Both the position numbers and the translations under genes were made by a program. DNA of 33,761 bases from an uncultured Dehalococcoidia bacterium (GTDB lineage Bacteria > Chloroflexota > Dehalococcoidia > Lucifugimonadales > UBA826). Below the pieces are notes generated by a model. It made no database searches and was not told the origin of the DNA. It saw only the letters and a program-made list of their open reading frames with translations. The stretch lies in contig CAYWYV010000005.1 of NCBI GenBank assembly GCA_964462705.1, positions 1-33,761 of the forward strand. The letters are read 5' to 3'. Shown one piece after another: positions 8,199 to 17,096 of this stretch; the stretch's first letter is position 1; the number at the start of each line of letters is the position of its first letter.

Positions 8199-8657
8199 CT
8201 ATATGCTCAAAGATATCTCACTCTTGAACAACGTCAAATCTTTCTTTGCCTTCGTCTTTTCTACGAGATGGTCGATCGTAATTGAATCAAGGATTCCAAA
8301 AACTGCATCTTCTACGCTTCTCCATACATCTCTTTGTGCGCAGTCAGGGCAATGAACGCAGAAGTTGGTGTTATCCAAACATTCGACAAGGTTTTCAGAA
8401 CTATCTAGGCAATCGACTACTTTGCTAAGGCGAATTTGATCAGCAGGCATAGCCAAAGAATGTCCGCCCCCCGGTCCTCTTGTGCTATTAACTAATCCAG
8501 ACTTTCGCATAGTGTGAAAAACCTGAGCCAAATAAGGTTGTGGAATAACAGCACGCCTAGAAGTATCTGCGGCGCGAACAGAGTGTCCATCCTCTCCATA
8601 CATCGCCAGATCAATAAGAGCTCTGACGCCATAATCTACTTTGATGGGCACATGCAT
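8199..8657 (-). CDS. Rrf2-family (IscR/NsrR-like) transcriptional regulator with a Cys cluster
   Basis: N-terminal winged HTH (YGVRALIDLA..IPQPYLAQVFHTMRKSGLVNSTRGPGGGHSL). Cys93-x6-Cys100-x2-Cys103-x2-Cys106 lies just before the conserved DVW. Confidence 0.85.
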   Translation of the reverse strand: MHVPIKVDYGVRALIDLAMYGEDGHSVRAADTSRRAVIPQPYLAQVFHTMRKSGLVNSTRGPGGGHSLAMPADQIRLSKVVDCLDSSENLVECLDNTNFCVHCPDCAQRDVWRSVEDAVFGILDSITIDHLVEKTKAKKDLTLFKSEISLSI

Positions 8658-8704
8658 GAGATACCTCCTTCCATTTATCTGTTAATTGACGTTTTTGGCG
8701 GCGG

Positions 8705-9157
8705 TCACTCTGTACTAATATCACTCTCTGTGCCTTGAAGGGCAGCCTGAAGGGTGTGCCACGACAACGTGGCACACTTTATTCTCGTGGGATATTGGGC
8801 TACTCCCTTGAGTATTTCCAAGTCTCCTAGTATTTCAGAATCTTTGAAACCATCACTTTTGGCAGTAATCATTTCCCTAAACGCTTGAAAAACTGTGAGT
8901 GCTTCCTCAACTGATTTACCTTTTATCTCTTCAGTCATCATTGAAGCAGAAGATTTTGAAATAGCACAGCCAACTCCCTCAAACGAAATATCCTCAACAA
9001 TATCCTCCGAAACCTTTACGAATAATGTGATCTGGTCACCACATAGTGGGTTGAATCCCTCAGACGTTGCGGTTGAGTCAATCATAGAACCAAAATTTCT
9101 TGGCCTCCGATTATGATCCATAACAATTTCTTGGTAGAGTTCTTGAGAGTTAAACAC
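8705..9157 (-). CDS. sufU: SufU-type Fe-S assembly / sulfur-transfer protein, paralog 1 (coupled to sufBCD)
   Basis: NPLCGD, GVGCAISKSSASMM and RIKCATLSWH. Starts 2 nt after the sufD stop. Confidence 0.9.
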   Translation of the reverse strand: MFNSQELYQEIVMDHNRRPRNFGSMIDSTATSEGFNPLCGDQITLFVKVSEDIVEDISFEGVGCAISKSSASMMTEEIKGKSVEEALTVFQAFREMITAKSDGFKDSEILGDLEILKGVAQYPTRIKCATLSWHTLQAALQGTESDISTE

Positions 9158-9159
9158 AG

Positions 9160-10467
9160 CTAAAACTCAAACTTATAACTTGGTAAGGATGTCAGAAAAG
9201 CTCCTTCTAAAAAATCTCTTAATTCAGGTATTTCTACTTTATCTATGACCTCTCCAGCAAAACCATAAATTAGGAGCCTGCTAGCCGTCTCTAAATCTAT
9301 TCCCCTACTTCTCATATAGAACAGAGTGTCGGCATCCACATTCCCGGCTGTTGCACCATGAGCACACTTGACGTCATCAGCATAAATAAACAAAGCGGGT
9401 TTACTATCAACCTCAGCATCGTCAGACAAAATCAAATTTTTGTCTGACTGCACCGAGTCAGTTTTTTGAGCTGGTTTCCTAACAAGAACTGTGCCACCAA
9501 ACACTGCTCTTGATTTTCCATCCAAAATCCCCTTATAAAACAGATTGCTTGTTCCGTAGGGTTTGGAGTGGTCGATGTTAATAAAGTTATCCATGTGTTG
9601 ATCACCACTGGTGAAATATAAGCCCTGGAGATCGCACGAAGCATATTCTCCATCGATCAAAACATTAAGATCATAGCGACCAATATTCGCTCCTTTGAAA
9701 AAAGAACGAGAGTTAAAAACACTATTATCAGACAACTTGACCCTGCCATAACCGACATCATAGGTATGTTCAGATTCTGACAGAAACCTGTAATGGTTAA
9801 CCACGGCATCTTCTTCAACAAGTATCTCTGAAACAGAATTTGTGAGGCTATAATCTCCGCCTCCCCCTACATAATTTTCGATAACTGATACTGAGCTGCC
9901 TCGGCCTGCTTTTACGAAAATTCGGGGATGTGCCACTGTGCTTGGGCTTCCATCTGAAAAGAAAATAACGTTTATAGGGAATTCTACAGTCTCACCTTGT
10001 TCAACTTTCAATACTATCCCGTCTCGGAGAAAAGAAGTATTTAGAGCAGCGAATCCATCGTCGCTTATATCGGTTAGAGAGCCAAGGTTCTCAACGGGAA
10101 TTCTTTCCTCGATCAACTCAGCCAAATTGGTTAATTCAAATTCATTTGACTGATCAGATAAATCTTCCCTATAAAAACCGTTTACGAAAACAACATTCGT
10201 CCAACTATCGCTCCAAGGAGCTGTAGATTTAATAGCATCAATCGAGGTATTGCTGGAGCTTGAAAGTGCAAAAGGAATCCTAGCGATGGGAGCTACATTG
10301 GTGTACTTCCATTTCTCATTTCCCTTCCTTGTTGTCGGAAGGCCTATACCTGCAAAGGTTTCCATTGCATGACTGCGAATCGAAGAAACCCAATTATTAT
10401 CATTTAAGCCTTGTAATTGTTGAAAATCCGAGGCGTAATGATCCACTTTAGAGGCGTTACTTACCAT
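9160..10467 (-). CDS. sufD: Fe-S cluster assembly protein SufD
   Basis: 435 aa. C-terminal beta-helix region GRAVFGGTVLVRKPAQKTDSVQSDKNLILSD..KPALFIYADDVKCAHGATAG..D..LFYMRSRGI. The ATG overlaps the sufC stop (TAATG). Confidence 0.9.
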   Translation of the reverse strand: MVSNASKVDHYASDFQQLQGLNDNNWVSSIRSHAMETFAGIGLPTTRKGNEKWKYTNVAPIARIPFALSSSSNTSIDAIKSTAPWSDSWTNVVFVNGFYREDLSDQSNEFELTNLAELIEERIPVENLGSLTDISDDGFAALNTSFLRDGIVLKVEQGETVEFPINVIFFSDGSPSTVAHPRIFVKAGRGSSVSVIENYVGGGGDYSLTNSVSEILVEEDAVVNHYRFLSESEHTYDVGYGRVKLSDNSVFNSRSFFKGANIGRYDLNVLIDGEYASCDLQGLYFTSGDQHMDNFINIDHSKPYGTSNLFYKGILDGKSRAVFGGTVLVRKPAQKTDSVQSDKNLILSDDAEVDSKPALFIYADDVKCAHGATAGNVDADTLFYMRSRGIDLETASRLLIYGFAGEVIDKVEIPELRDFLEGAFLTSLPSYKFEF

Positions 10468-11246
10468 TACGTCTGAACCTTTGTTCCTGTAGATTCTCTA
10501 ATCCATTCGTAACCTTTTTGCTCAAGTTCCAGTGCAAGTTCAGCACCTCCAGATTTGACTATTTTGCCATCTACCAAAACATGAACATAGTCTGGTGATA
10601 TATAGTCTAAGATCCTCTGATAATGAGTCACAAGTAGAACAGACTTTTGGGGACCCTTAAAGTTGTTAACGCCTTCGGAAACAATCCGCAAAGCGTCTAT
10701 GTCAAGTCCAGAGTCCGTTTCATCCAGTAACGCCAGTTTAGGATCTAGTAAAGCTAGTTGTAGGATTTCGTTCCTCTTCTTCTCACCCCCAGAAAACCCT
10801 TCATTTACTGATCTTTTGACGAGGTCCGGGTCCATCTCGACAAGTTGACGTTTTTCCTCTAAAAGCTTATCGAAGTCCCTAACACCCATCTCCTCCTCTC
10901 CATTTTCCTTCCGGATAGCATCTACTGCTGCCTTCAAAAACTGCCAAGTGCGAACACCGGGAAGTTCCACAGGATATTGAAAGGCTAAAAATATTCCTGA
11001 CCTGGCCCTGATTTCAGGTTCCTTTGCAAGGATATTATCCCCTTCATAAATTATTTCTCCTTCCGTCACAGAGTATCCTGGTCTGCCAGCAATAACATTG
11101 GCCAGAGTGCTCTTACCTGAACCATTTGGCCCCATAATTGCATGCACCTCACCTATTCCCACTTCCAGATTAATTCCTTTAAGAATTTCAGTGTCTTCAA
11201 CAGAGGCACGCAAATTTTTTATTTCAATAAGATTATGTTTGCTCAT
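10467..11246 (-). CDS. sufC: Fe-S cluster assembly ATPase SufC
   Basis: Walker A GPNGSGKST, signature FSGGEKKR, Walker B LALLDETDSGLD, H-loop THY. Confidence 0.95.
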   Translation of the reverse strand: MSKHNLIEIKNLRASVEDTEILKGINLEVGIGEVHAIMGPNGSGKSTLANVIAGRPGYSVTEGEIIYEGDNILAKEPEIRARSGIFLAFQYPVELPGVRTWQFLKAAVDAIRKENGEEEMGVRDFDKLLEEKRQLVEMDPDLVKRSVNEGFSGGEKKRNEILQLALLDPKLALLDETDSGLDIDALRIVSEGVNNFKGPQKSVLLVTHYQRILDYISPDYVHVLVDGKIVKSGGAELALELEQKGYEWIRESTGTKVQT

Positions 11247-12710
11247 TTATCCAACTGTACCTTCCAAACTGACTCGAAGTAATTGAGATGCTTCCATTGC
11301 AAATTCAAAAGGAAGTTCTTTAAATATACCCCGACAGAATCCATTGATAACCATATAATTCGCTTCTTCCAAATCAATACCTCTCTGCTGCAAATAGAAC
11401 AACTGATCATCATTAACTTTTGATGTAGTAGCTTCATGACCCATTTGAGCAGACGGATTGCGAACTTCTATATACGGCACCGTATGTGCACCACATTCAT
11501 CTCCGATTAGAAGAGAATCACATTGAGTAAAATTTCTTGCGTTATCGGCGGTAGGCAGAATCGACACTTGGCCCCTGTAAGTATTCTCAGCCTTGCCGGC
11601 CGATATTCCCTTGGCAATAATCGTGCTTCGGGTATTTTTACCAATATGGATCATCTTCGTCCCCGTATCAGCCTGTTGGTGATTGTTAACAAGTGCGACA
11701 GAATAAAATTCTCCAACAGATTTGTCTCCCTGTAAAATCACACTTGGATATTTCCAAGTGATAGCAGAACCAGTTTCCACCTGAGTCCAGGATATTTTAG
11801 AATTCTCTCCTCTAGCCGCTCCTCGTTTAGTGACGAAATTGAACACGCCACCATTACCATCTTTATCTCCTGGATACCAATTTTGAAGTGTTGAGTACTT
11901 AATCTCTGCGTCTTTTAGAGCTACTAACTCAACAACCGCAGCGTGAAGTTGGTGAGTCTTCCGCATAGGAGCTGTACAACCTTCGAGATAGCTTACGTAA
12001 CTTCCTTCGTCGGCGATTATCAAAGTACGTTCAAATTGACCGGAATCGACCTCATTAATTCTAAAATATGTCATCAATTCAATGGGACAACGTACACCGG
12101 GGGGCACGTAGCAAAATGAGCCATCGCTGAACACCGCTGAGTTCAAGGTCGCATAGAAATTATCGCTGTAAGGTACAACCGACCCAAGATATTTTTGTAC
12201 CAACTCGGGATATTTCTGAATTGCCTCACTGATGGGACAAAAGATAACGCCGGCTTCCTGCAACATATCTTGATACGTAGTAGCAACAGAGACACTATCC
12301 AGCACGGCGTCAACAGCGACTCCTGTGAGCTTTTTTTGCTCTTCCAACGGAATACCCAACTTGTCAAAAGCTTCTATTAGTTCTGGGTCTACCTCATCCA
12401 AGCTTTCAGGAGCGTCATCCTTCGACTTTGGGGCGGAGTAATAAATAATGTCCTGAAAATCTATTTCTTCAAACTGAACTTTAGCCCACTTAGGTGCCGA
12501 ATCTTCCCCTTGCTTCTGCCAATGAGAAAAGGCTTTGAGACGCCAATCTAGCATCCAATCAGGTTCATTTTTCTTGGCTGAAATAAACCTGACTATATCT
12601 TCATTCAGGCCTTTAGGAGCATTATCCGATTCTATATCGAACTCAAAACCCCATTTATATTGTTTTTCCTCTACTCCTGTCTGGCGGGAAATGACCTTTT
12701 GTTCAGTCAT
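11247..12710 (-). CDS. sufB: Fe-S cluster assembly scaffold SufB
   Basis: 487 aa. Motifs include [41 protein letters not shown] and [22 protein letters not shown]. Strong RBS AAGGAGGG upstream. Confidence 0.95.
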   Translation of the reverse strand: MTEQKVISRQTGVEEKQYKWGFEFDIESDNAPKGLNEDIVRFISAKKNEPDWMLDWRLKAFSHWQKQGEDSAPKWAKVQFEEIDFQDIIYYSAPKSKDDAPESLDEVDPELIEAFDKLGIPLEEQKKLTGVAVDAVLDSVSVATTYQDMLQEAGVIFCPISEAIQKYPELVQKYLGSVVPYSDNFYATLNSAVFSDGSFCYVPPGVRCPIELMTYFRINEVDSGQFERTLIIADEGSYVSYLEGCTAPMRKTHQLHAAVVELVALKDAEIKYSTLQNWYPGDKDGNGGVFNFVTKRGAARGENSKISWTQVETGSAITWKYPSVILQGDKSVGEFYSVALVNNHQQADTGTKMIHIGKNTRSTIIAKGISAGKAENTYRGQVSILPTADNARNFTQCDSLLIGDECGAHTVPYIEVRNPSAQMGHEATTSKVNDDQLFYLQQRGIDLEEANYMVINGFCRGIFKELPFEFAMEASQLLRVSLEGTVG

Positions 12711-12840
12711 TGAACGTTTGCCCTCCTTTATCTATTAAAAACCCCTAGTAGTCCCAGCAGCAAACTATCTACCAACATAACTGTAGGTTGGTACAACTTT
12801 AATACTGCGAGCATACATGGAAGCCAATTGAGGTTTATAG

Positions 12841-12863
12841 TTGTTGAGTTAAATGGTCAACAA
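12841..12863 (-). promoter_or_regulatory. 7-9-7 inverted repeat (TTGTTGA-N9-TCAACAA), candidate operator just downstream of the predicted suf transcription start
   Basis: Perfect 7-bp arms read directly from the sequence. The position overlaps the predicted +1 to +30 region of the suf promoter. Confidence 0.3.
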
Positions 12864-12873
12864 TAACTTATAA

Positions 12874-12903
12874 AATATACCATCCGCCTATGTGGCAGGT
12901 CAA
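12874..12903 (-). promoter_or_regulatory. candidate sigma70-type promoter for the suf operon (TTGACC-N18-TATATT, TGn-extended -10)
   Basis: The minus strand reads TTGACC (12903-12898), an 18-nt spacer ending in TGG, then TATATT (12879-12874). It lies 17 nt after the yjbQ stop and about 165 nt upstream of the sufB ATG. Confidence 0.35.
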
Positions 12904-12919
12904 AGAATATAGGTGGACT

Positions 12920-13402
12920 TCACGCCTGACCCAAAAGCTGCACAACAACTTCACGGTATCCCACTTGCTGAGCTTTTTCACCGTCAAGTTCTACCATGAA
13001 TATCCGTTGCCACTGTCCTAGAGTCATTTTCCCGTCAACAACTGGTATCGATTCGCTAGAGCCTAGTGTTAGATGCTGGCAATGGGAATGTCCATTAGGA
13101 CATTCATTCTCATGCATATGGACGGTACGAACATCAAAATCGTTGTGCCCATAGTTGGCATCAGAGGAAGCTATATTATCCAGCAGATTCGTAAAATCGC
13201 CTAACAGAAGTGGTTCATTTTCCTGTATTACTATGGCAGCAGTAGTGTGCCTTGAGAACACAACTACGATGCCATTCAAAACCCCTGAAGACTCAATACA
13301 TTCCTCAATTTTATCTGTTATATCGATAAATTCTGGTGAAGTCTCAGACCGCACTTTTAGTGTGATCGTAGAACTCCTCATTACTGCATCGGAAACGTTC
13401 AT
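12920..13402 (-). CDS. YjbQ/UPF0047 family protein (secondary thiamine-phosphate synthase enzyme family)
   Basis: EFIDITDKIEE, VVVFSRHTTAAIVIQENEP, GHSHCQHLTLGSSESIPVVDGKMTLGQWQRIFMVELDG. Confidence 0.8.
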   Translation of the reverse strand: MNVSDAVMRSSTITLKVRSETSPEFIDITDKIEECIESSGVLNGIVVVFSRHTTAAIVIQENEPLLLGDFTNLLDNIASSDANYGHNDFDVRTVHMHENECPNGHSHCQHLTLGSSESIPVVDGKMTLGQWQRIFMVELDGEKAQQVGYREVVVQLLGQA

Positions 13403-13567
13403 AATCTTGCTCTAGTTATGTTCCTAAATGAATTCTGCCAAAACAGGTTCTGTTTCGGATCACCATTAATCAATTTTAAATCGAACAACAACCATTCTAA
13501 ACCTTTTTGATATGCGGTTCACATGTCCCACTATTTATCTACAACCCAAAGCTTTAACCAAGTTTCA

Positions 13568-14317
13568 TTAAGGAACCGAAAGGGAATTTACTCTAGTTAG
13601 TATCTGATCCATCCTACGTGAGACCATTCTCCTACCAAAACGGAACTTAATAAACTCTGATATCCGATAGGGAGTATAAGCTACATTCGATTTCGAACTC
13701 CTGATACGTCTGTCTACTTGATATCTAGATTGGGAAAAACTACTAGACTCCTGGGAAGTTATTCCCCTGATTATCGCAAATGGCATGGAGATTTCAGAAC
13801 AAGCTAATGCCATATAAGCGGCGTCCTGATCAATAGAGTCGACTCCCAAATCTCTCCCCAACCAGCTCCTCATATTACTGTTTGTGGCTATATGAGGTGC
13901 AGTCACAACAGAACCTTTAACCAGATTTCTCTCACTTTCATCAATATGTTTGAAAAGCATTTCAAAAGAACCATAGCTGGCAATCTCAAGTTCAGTCACC
14001 GAGTTTGAGGACCATAAAGCCATTTCTCCCACAAGCTTCTTAAGATGATCACACAATACGACATTACCTATTCGAACTGTCTTATGCAGAGAGGCCGCGG
14101 TCCCAACAGATAGCACAAAAGTGATCCCAGGCATATTTCCCAGTAGTTGTGCTCCTCGATATGCTCTTTCTCCCGGAGCTCCCGTTAGCACAAGAAGCTC
14201 AGTCAACTCTGGAGATTCATAACTTATAAACCTATCGCTGGACTTTGATACCCTAAAATGATGCTTCTTAAGAAAGCCTTGGAGTATGTTTGTATCTGAA
14301 GCTAATATACCTTTCAT
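13568..14317 (-). CDS. PNP/UDP phosphorylase-superfamily protein (MTA/futalosine-nucleosidase-like fold, divergent)
   Basis: Pattern LLVLTGAPGERA..VLSVGTAASLHKTVRIGNVVL..VVTAPHIAT..GVDSIDQDAAYMALACSEISMPFAIIRGITSQ parallels the nucleosidase/phosphorylase fold. The usual ME and ISD acidic positions appear substituted. Confidence 0.5.
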   Translation of the reverse strand: MKGILASDTNILQGFLKKHHFRVSKSSDRFISYESPELTELLVLTGAPGERAYRGAQLLGNMPGITFVLSVGTAASLHKTVRIGNVVLCDHLKKLVGEMALWSSNSVTELEIASYGSFEMLFKHIDESERNLVKGSVVTAPHIATNSNMRSWLGRDLGVDSIDQDAAYMALACSEISMPFAIIRGITSQESSSFSQSRYQVDRRIRSSKSNVAYTPYRISEFIKFRFGRRMVSRRMDQILTRVNSLSVP

Positions 14318-14341
14318 ATTATTCTTCCAACGGTTACCTAA

Positions 14342-15370
14342 CTAATACTCTCTTACTGCTAAAAAGTGCGAAAGAACACCAAAATCAAACTTGTAACTGT
14401 CTGGCAGAATTGCATCCGAAAATAGTTTGAGGGCTTCTTCCTCATATTGGTGAGCAAGACCTTGTGCATAATCTCTTGTGCCTGCCTGATCCATGATCTC
14501 TAAAACAGCCATCACCTCCGGTTCCCCCAGAGACTGCAAGGAATATATCTCTCGCAATCGTTCTCGACCTTTTGCATCAGCTTTATCCATGGCATGAACA
14601 ATAGGAAGCGAATTCTTCTTTCTCAGAATATCAATCCCTACGGGCTTACCGGTTGATTCTTCCTGTCCCCATATACCAAGAATGTCATCTCTTATCTGAA
14701 AAACATAACCTAAGGATGTACCTGTTCTTCGAAAAATCTCTAGAGTCCTTAAATTTTCAGAGCCCATCACAGCCCCCAGATGAAGAGAACAGCGAATTAA
14801 TGCTCCAGTCTTTCTCGATATCATGAACATATACTGATCCAATGTTATGTCGATTCGGCCCTCAAAGGATATGTCCATATATTGACCCTCAATCATTTCA
14901 AGACAAGCCTCCGTTAAAAGTTCCACCCCTTTCAGGACCCGCTCAATGTTTTTGGCATCATTTTCCTTCATCATTTCCATTGACTGATCTGCCACTATTC
15001 TCAAAACGTTTCCCGCCACAAGCGCTTTATTTATGCCCCACAAAGCCCAGAGAGTTGGCCTATGGTGTCTTGTCTCATCAAAATCTTCAATCTCATCATG
15101 AATTAGTGAAAAGTTATGTATGAGTTCAAGAGAAGCGGCAGCTGGTAAGGCATCTCTCATGTTGCCCCCCACCGCTTCACAGGCAAATAAACAAAGGGAT
15201 GGTCGTAGTGATTTACCCATTACACCATTAACAGGTATTCCATCTTTATCTGACCATCCCATGCAATATCTAAGCATGTCATAAACAGATAAAAAATCTT
15301 GGTCTATTCTCGCCTTGAGCGTATTTACAATGATGTCCCGATATCTATCAAGAATCTCTGGGGAAGTCAT
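14342..15370 (-). CDS. polyprenyl (trans-isoprenyl) diphosphate synthase family protein
   Basis: SLELIHNFSLIHDEIEDFDETRHHRPTLWALWG (first Asp-rich region) and YVFQIRDDILGIWGQEESTGKPVGIDILRKKNSLP (second). I prefer the ATG at 15370 (MTSPEILDRY). The track start at 15430 is a GTG, and an ATG at 15421 is also possible. Confidence 0.8.
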   Translation of the reverse strand: MTSPEILDRYRDIIVNTLKARIDQDFLSVYDMLRYCMGWSDKDGIPVNGVMGKSLRPSLCLFACEAVGGNMRDALPAAASLELIHNFSLIHDEIEDFDETRHHRPTLWALWGINKALVAGNVLRIVADQSMEMMKENDAKNIERVLKGVELLTEACLEMIEGQYMDISFEGRIDITLDQYMFMISRKTGALIRCSLHLGAVMGSENLRTLEIFRRTGTSLGYVFQIRDDILGIWGQEESTGKPVGIDILRKKNSLPIVHAMDKADAKGRERLREIYSLQSLGEPEVMAVLEIMDQAGTRDYAQGLAHQYEEEALKLFSDAILPDSYKFDFGVLSHFLAVREY

Positions 15371-15509
15371 CAGTTTTTTCTCATGTTCCAATTTTGGAGA
15401 GGTCCCACACCACAAAATCATTACGGACACACATATCCGATTCCCAAAGGATACTAGATCAAACTTGTCTAGTCACAATATATAATGCAACTAAATAAGG
15501 CTTTTTTAC

Positions 15510-15539
15510 TTGCTAGCCGATCAGGGCCTGTGCTATATT
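15510..15539 (+). promoter_or_regulatory. candidate sigma70-type promoter for the nuo operon (TTGCTA-N18-TATATT with TGC extended -10)
   Basis: TTGCTA at 15510-15515 and TGC-TATATT at 15531-15539. About 80 nt upstream of the nuoA ATG. No competing coding sequence. Confidence 0.35.
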
Positions 15540-15621
15540 TTCGACTCAGAATGGTCTGTGCTTTCGGCATTGGACGAGAGACGTTTCAACCTCCAAATAT
15601 ATGCGATAAACTGCAGGGAAT

Positions 15622-16017
15622 ATGCTCGACGAATACTTCAGACAGTACGGTGTGATCGCTATCTTTGCAGCACTAGCAGTTGCTGTCCCATCAGGAATGC
15701 TAATAATATCGTGGCTGTTATCAGTATTAAAGATAAGACCTAACAACCCATCCACGGTAAAAAACAGTATTTATGAATGTGGCTTTGAAACCATCACAGA
15801 GCGGTGGAGTAATTTCAATTTCCGATATTACAGTATCGCTCTTCTTTTTGTTATTTTTGATGTGGAGGTCGTATTTTTGTTCCCTTGGGCTGCTAGCTTT
15901 GGGACAATGTCCGTGGAATTCGGAATATATGTATTCATCGAAATGGCGATTTTCATAGGAATACTAGTCTTAGGGTGGCTTTATGCATGGAAAAAGGGGT
16001 CACTAGAATGGAGCTAA
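15622..16017 (+). CDS. nuoA: NADH-quinone oxidoreductase subunit A
   Basis: Three TM helices, YECGFE motif, FLFPWA. 131 aa. AGGGA RBS upstream. Confidence 0.9.
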   Translation: MLDEYFRQYGVIAIFAALAVAVPSGMLIISWLLSVLKIRPNNPSTVKNSIYECGFETITERWSNFNFRYYSIALLFVIFDVEVVFLFPWAASFGTMSVEFGIYVFIEMAIFIGILVLGWLYAWKKGSLEWS

Positions 16018-16640
16018 ATATTTCTCAAACAGGAGAGGAATCCCCGGTGATCATACCCCTACAGGACACAACGTGGGTTTTAGATCAGGAAGAGGGAGAA
16101 TATATTAATCACCTTAAATCCACACATCTGGAAGCACTGGCCGAACCTATTGTTGAGGTGCCGGATGACCTCCAGAGAAACATTGCGGTCACATCGGTGG
16201 ATGCCCTCATAGGATGGGGAAGAAAGTCAGCAGTTTGGCCTCTATCATTTGGTCTAGCTTGCTGCGCTTTTGAGATGATGGCTAGTGCAATGTCACGGTT
16301 TGATCTCTCCCGCTTTGGTATGGAAGTGTTTAGACCATCCCCCAGACAAGCCGATTTAATGATCATTGCGGGAACAGTCACTTGGAAAATGGCTCCCGCG
16401 ATTGAAAGAGTTTACGAACAGATGGCTGAACCAAGGTGGGTAATTTCGATGGGGGTATGTGCGACAAGTGGTGGACCTTATTATGGCTCCTATAGCGTGG
16501 TCCCAGGTGTCAACCATATAATTCCAGTTGATGTTTATGTGCCTGGGTGCCCTCCAAGACCAGATGCACTGCTCTACGGAATTATGCAGCTCCACGAAAA
16601 AATAAAAAGATATTCCATCAAGAAACGGAATCAATCTTGA
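16008..16640 (+). CDS. nuoB: NADH-quinone oxidoreductase subunit B (N2 cluster subunit) with an acidic N-terminal extension
   Basis: [29 protein letters not shown] prefer the ATG at 16008 (AAGGGG 8 nt upstream, 10-nt overlap with nuoA) over the track start at 15975. Confidence 0.95.
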   Translation: MELNISQTGEESPVIIPLQDTTWVLDQEEGEYINHLKSTHLEALAEPIVEVPDDLQRNIAVTSVDALIGWGRKSAVWPLSFGLACCAFEMMASAMSRFDLSRFGMEVFRPSPRQADLMIIAGTVTWKMAPAIERVYEQMAEPRWVISMGVCATSGGPYYGSYSVVPGVNHIIPVDVYVPGCPPRPDALLYGIMQLHEKIKRYSIKKRNQS

Positions 16641-17092
16641 CCAAGATCATAAGCGGAAGTGATTTAGCTTCCTCCCTTGAAGAGAAACTACCCGGTTGTA
16701 TTACTGGGAGTAATGAGGTTGACGTGTGGGTATCGCCTGAGTCATTACTCCCAGTATGTGAAATTTTAAAAGACCCAGACGGATTAGACTTCTCCTACCT
16801 TACCTCCATATCAGCTGTGGACTATATTGATAGCTTTGAACTTGTTTATCACGTTCTATCTATGAGAAACAATTACAGTGGTGTCATAAAATGTCGATGC
16901 TCTAGTAAAGGAAATGTCCGAGGTGAACCTACGGTTGCGTCAGTCACTGGAATCTGGAAAGGTGCTGATCTTCAAGAACGAGAAATATGGGATCTCATGG
17001 GAATAAAATTCGATGGGCATCCTAACCTGAAACGCATTCTCCTCTGGGAAGGTTTCGATGGGCATCCCCTTAGAAAGGATTACCTAGGATAA
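16637..17092 (+). CDS. nuoC: NADH-quinone oxidoreductase subunit C (short form)
   Basis: [56 protein letters not shown]. The likely start is TTG 16637, overlapping the nuoB TGA (TTGA). The track start at 16547 would overlap nuoB by 94 nt. Confidence 0.85.
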   Translation: MTKIISGSDLASSLEEKLPGCITGSNEVDVWVSPESLLPVCEILKDPDGLDFSYLTSISAVDYIDSFELVYHVLSMRNNYSGVIKCRCSSKGNVRGEPTVASVTGIWKGADLQEREIWDLMGIKFDGHPNLKRILLWEGFDGHPLRKDYLG

Positions 17093-17096
17093 TCAA

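Noticed and set aside
15510-15755. Track ORFs 15510..15743 (+) and 15546..15755 (-) upstream of and overlapping nuoA
   Set aside because: They overlap the nuoA start and the promoter-like region, have no RBS or motifs, and are Cys/Arg-rich with a non-protein-like composition.
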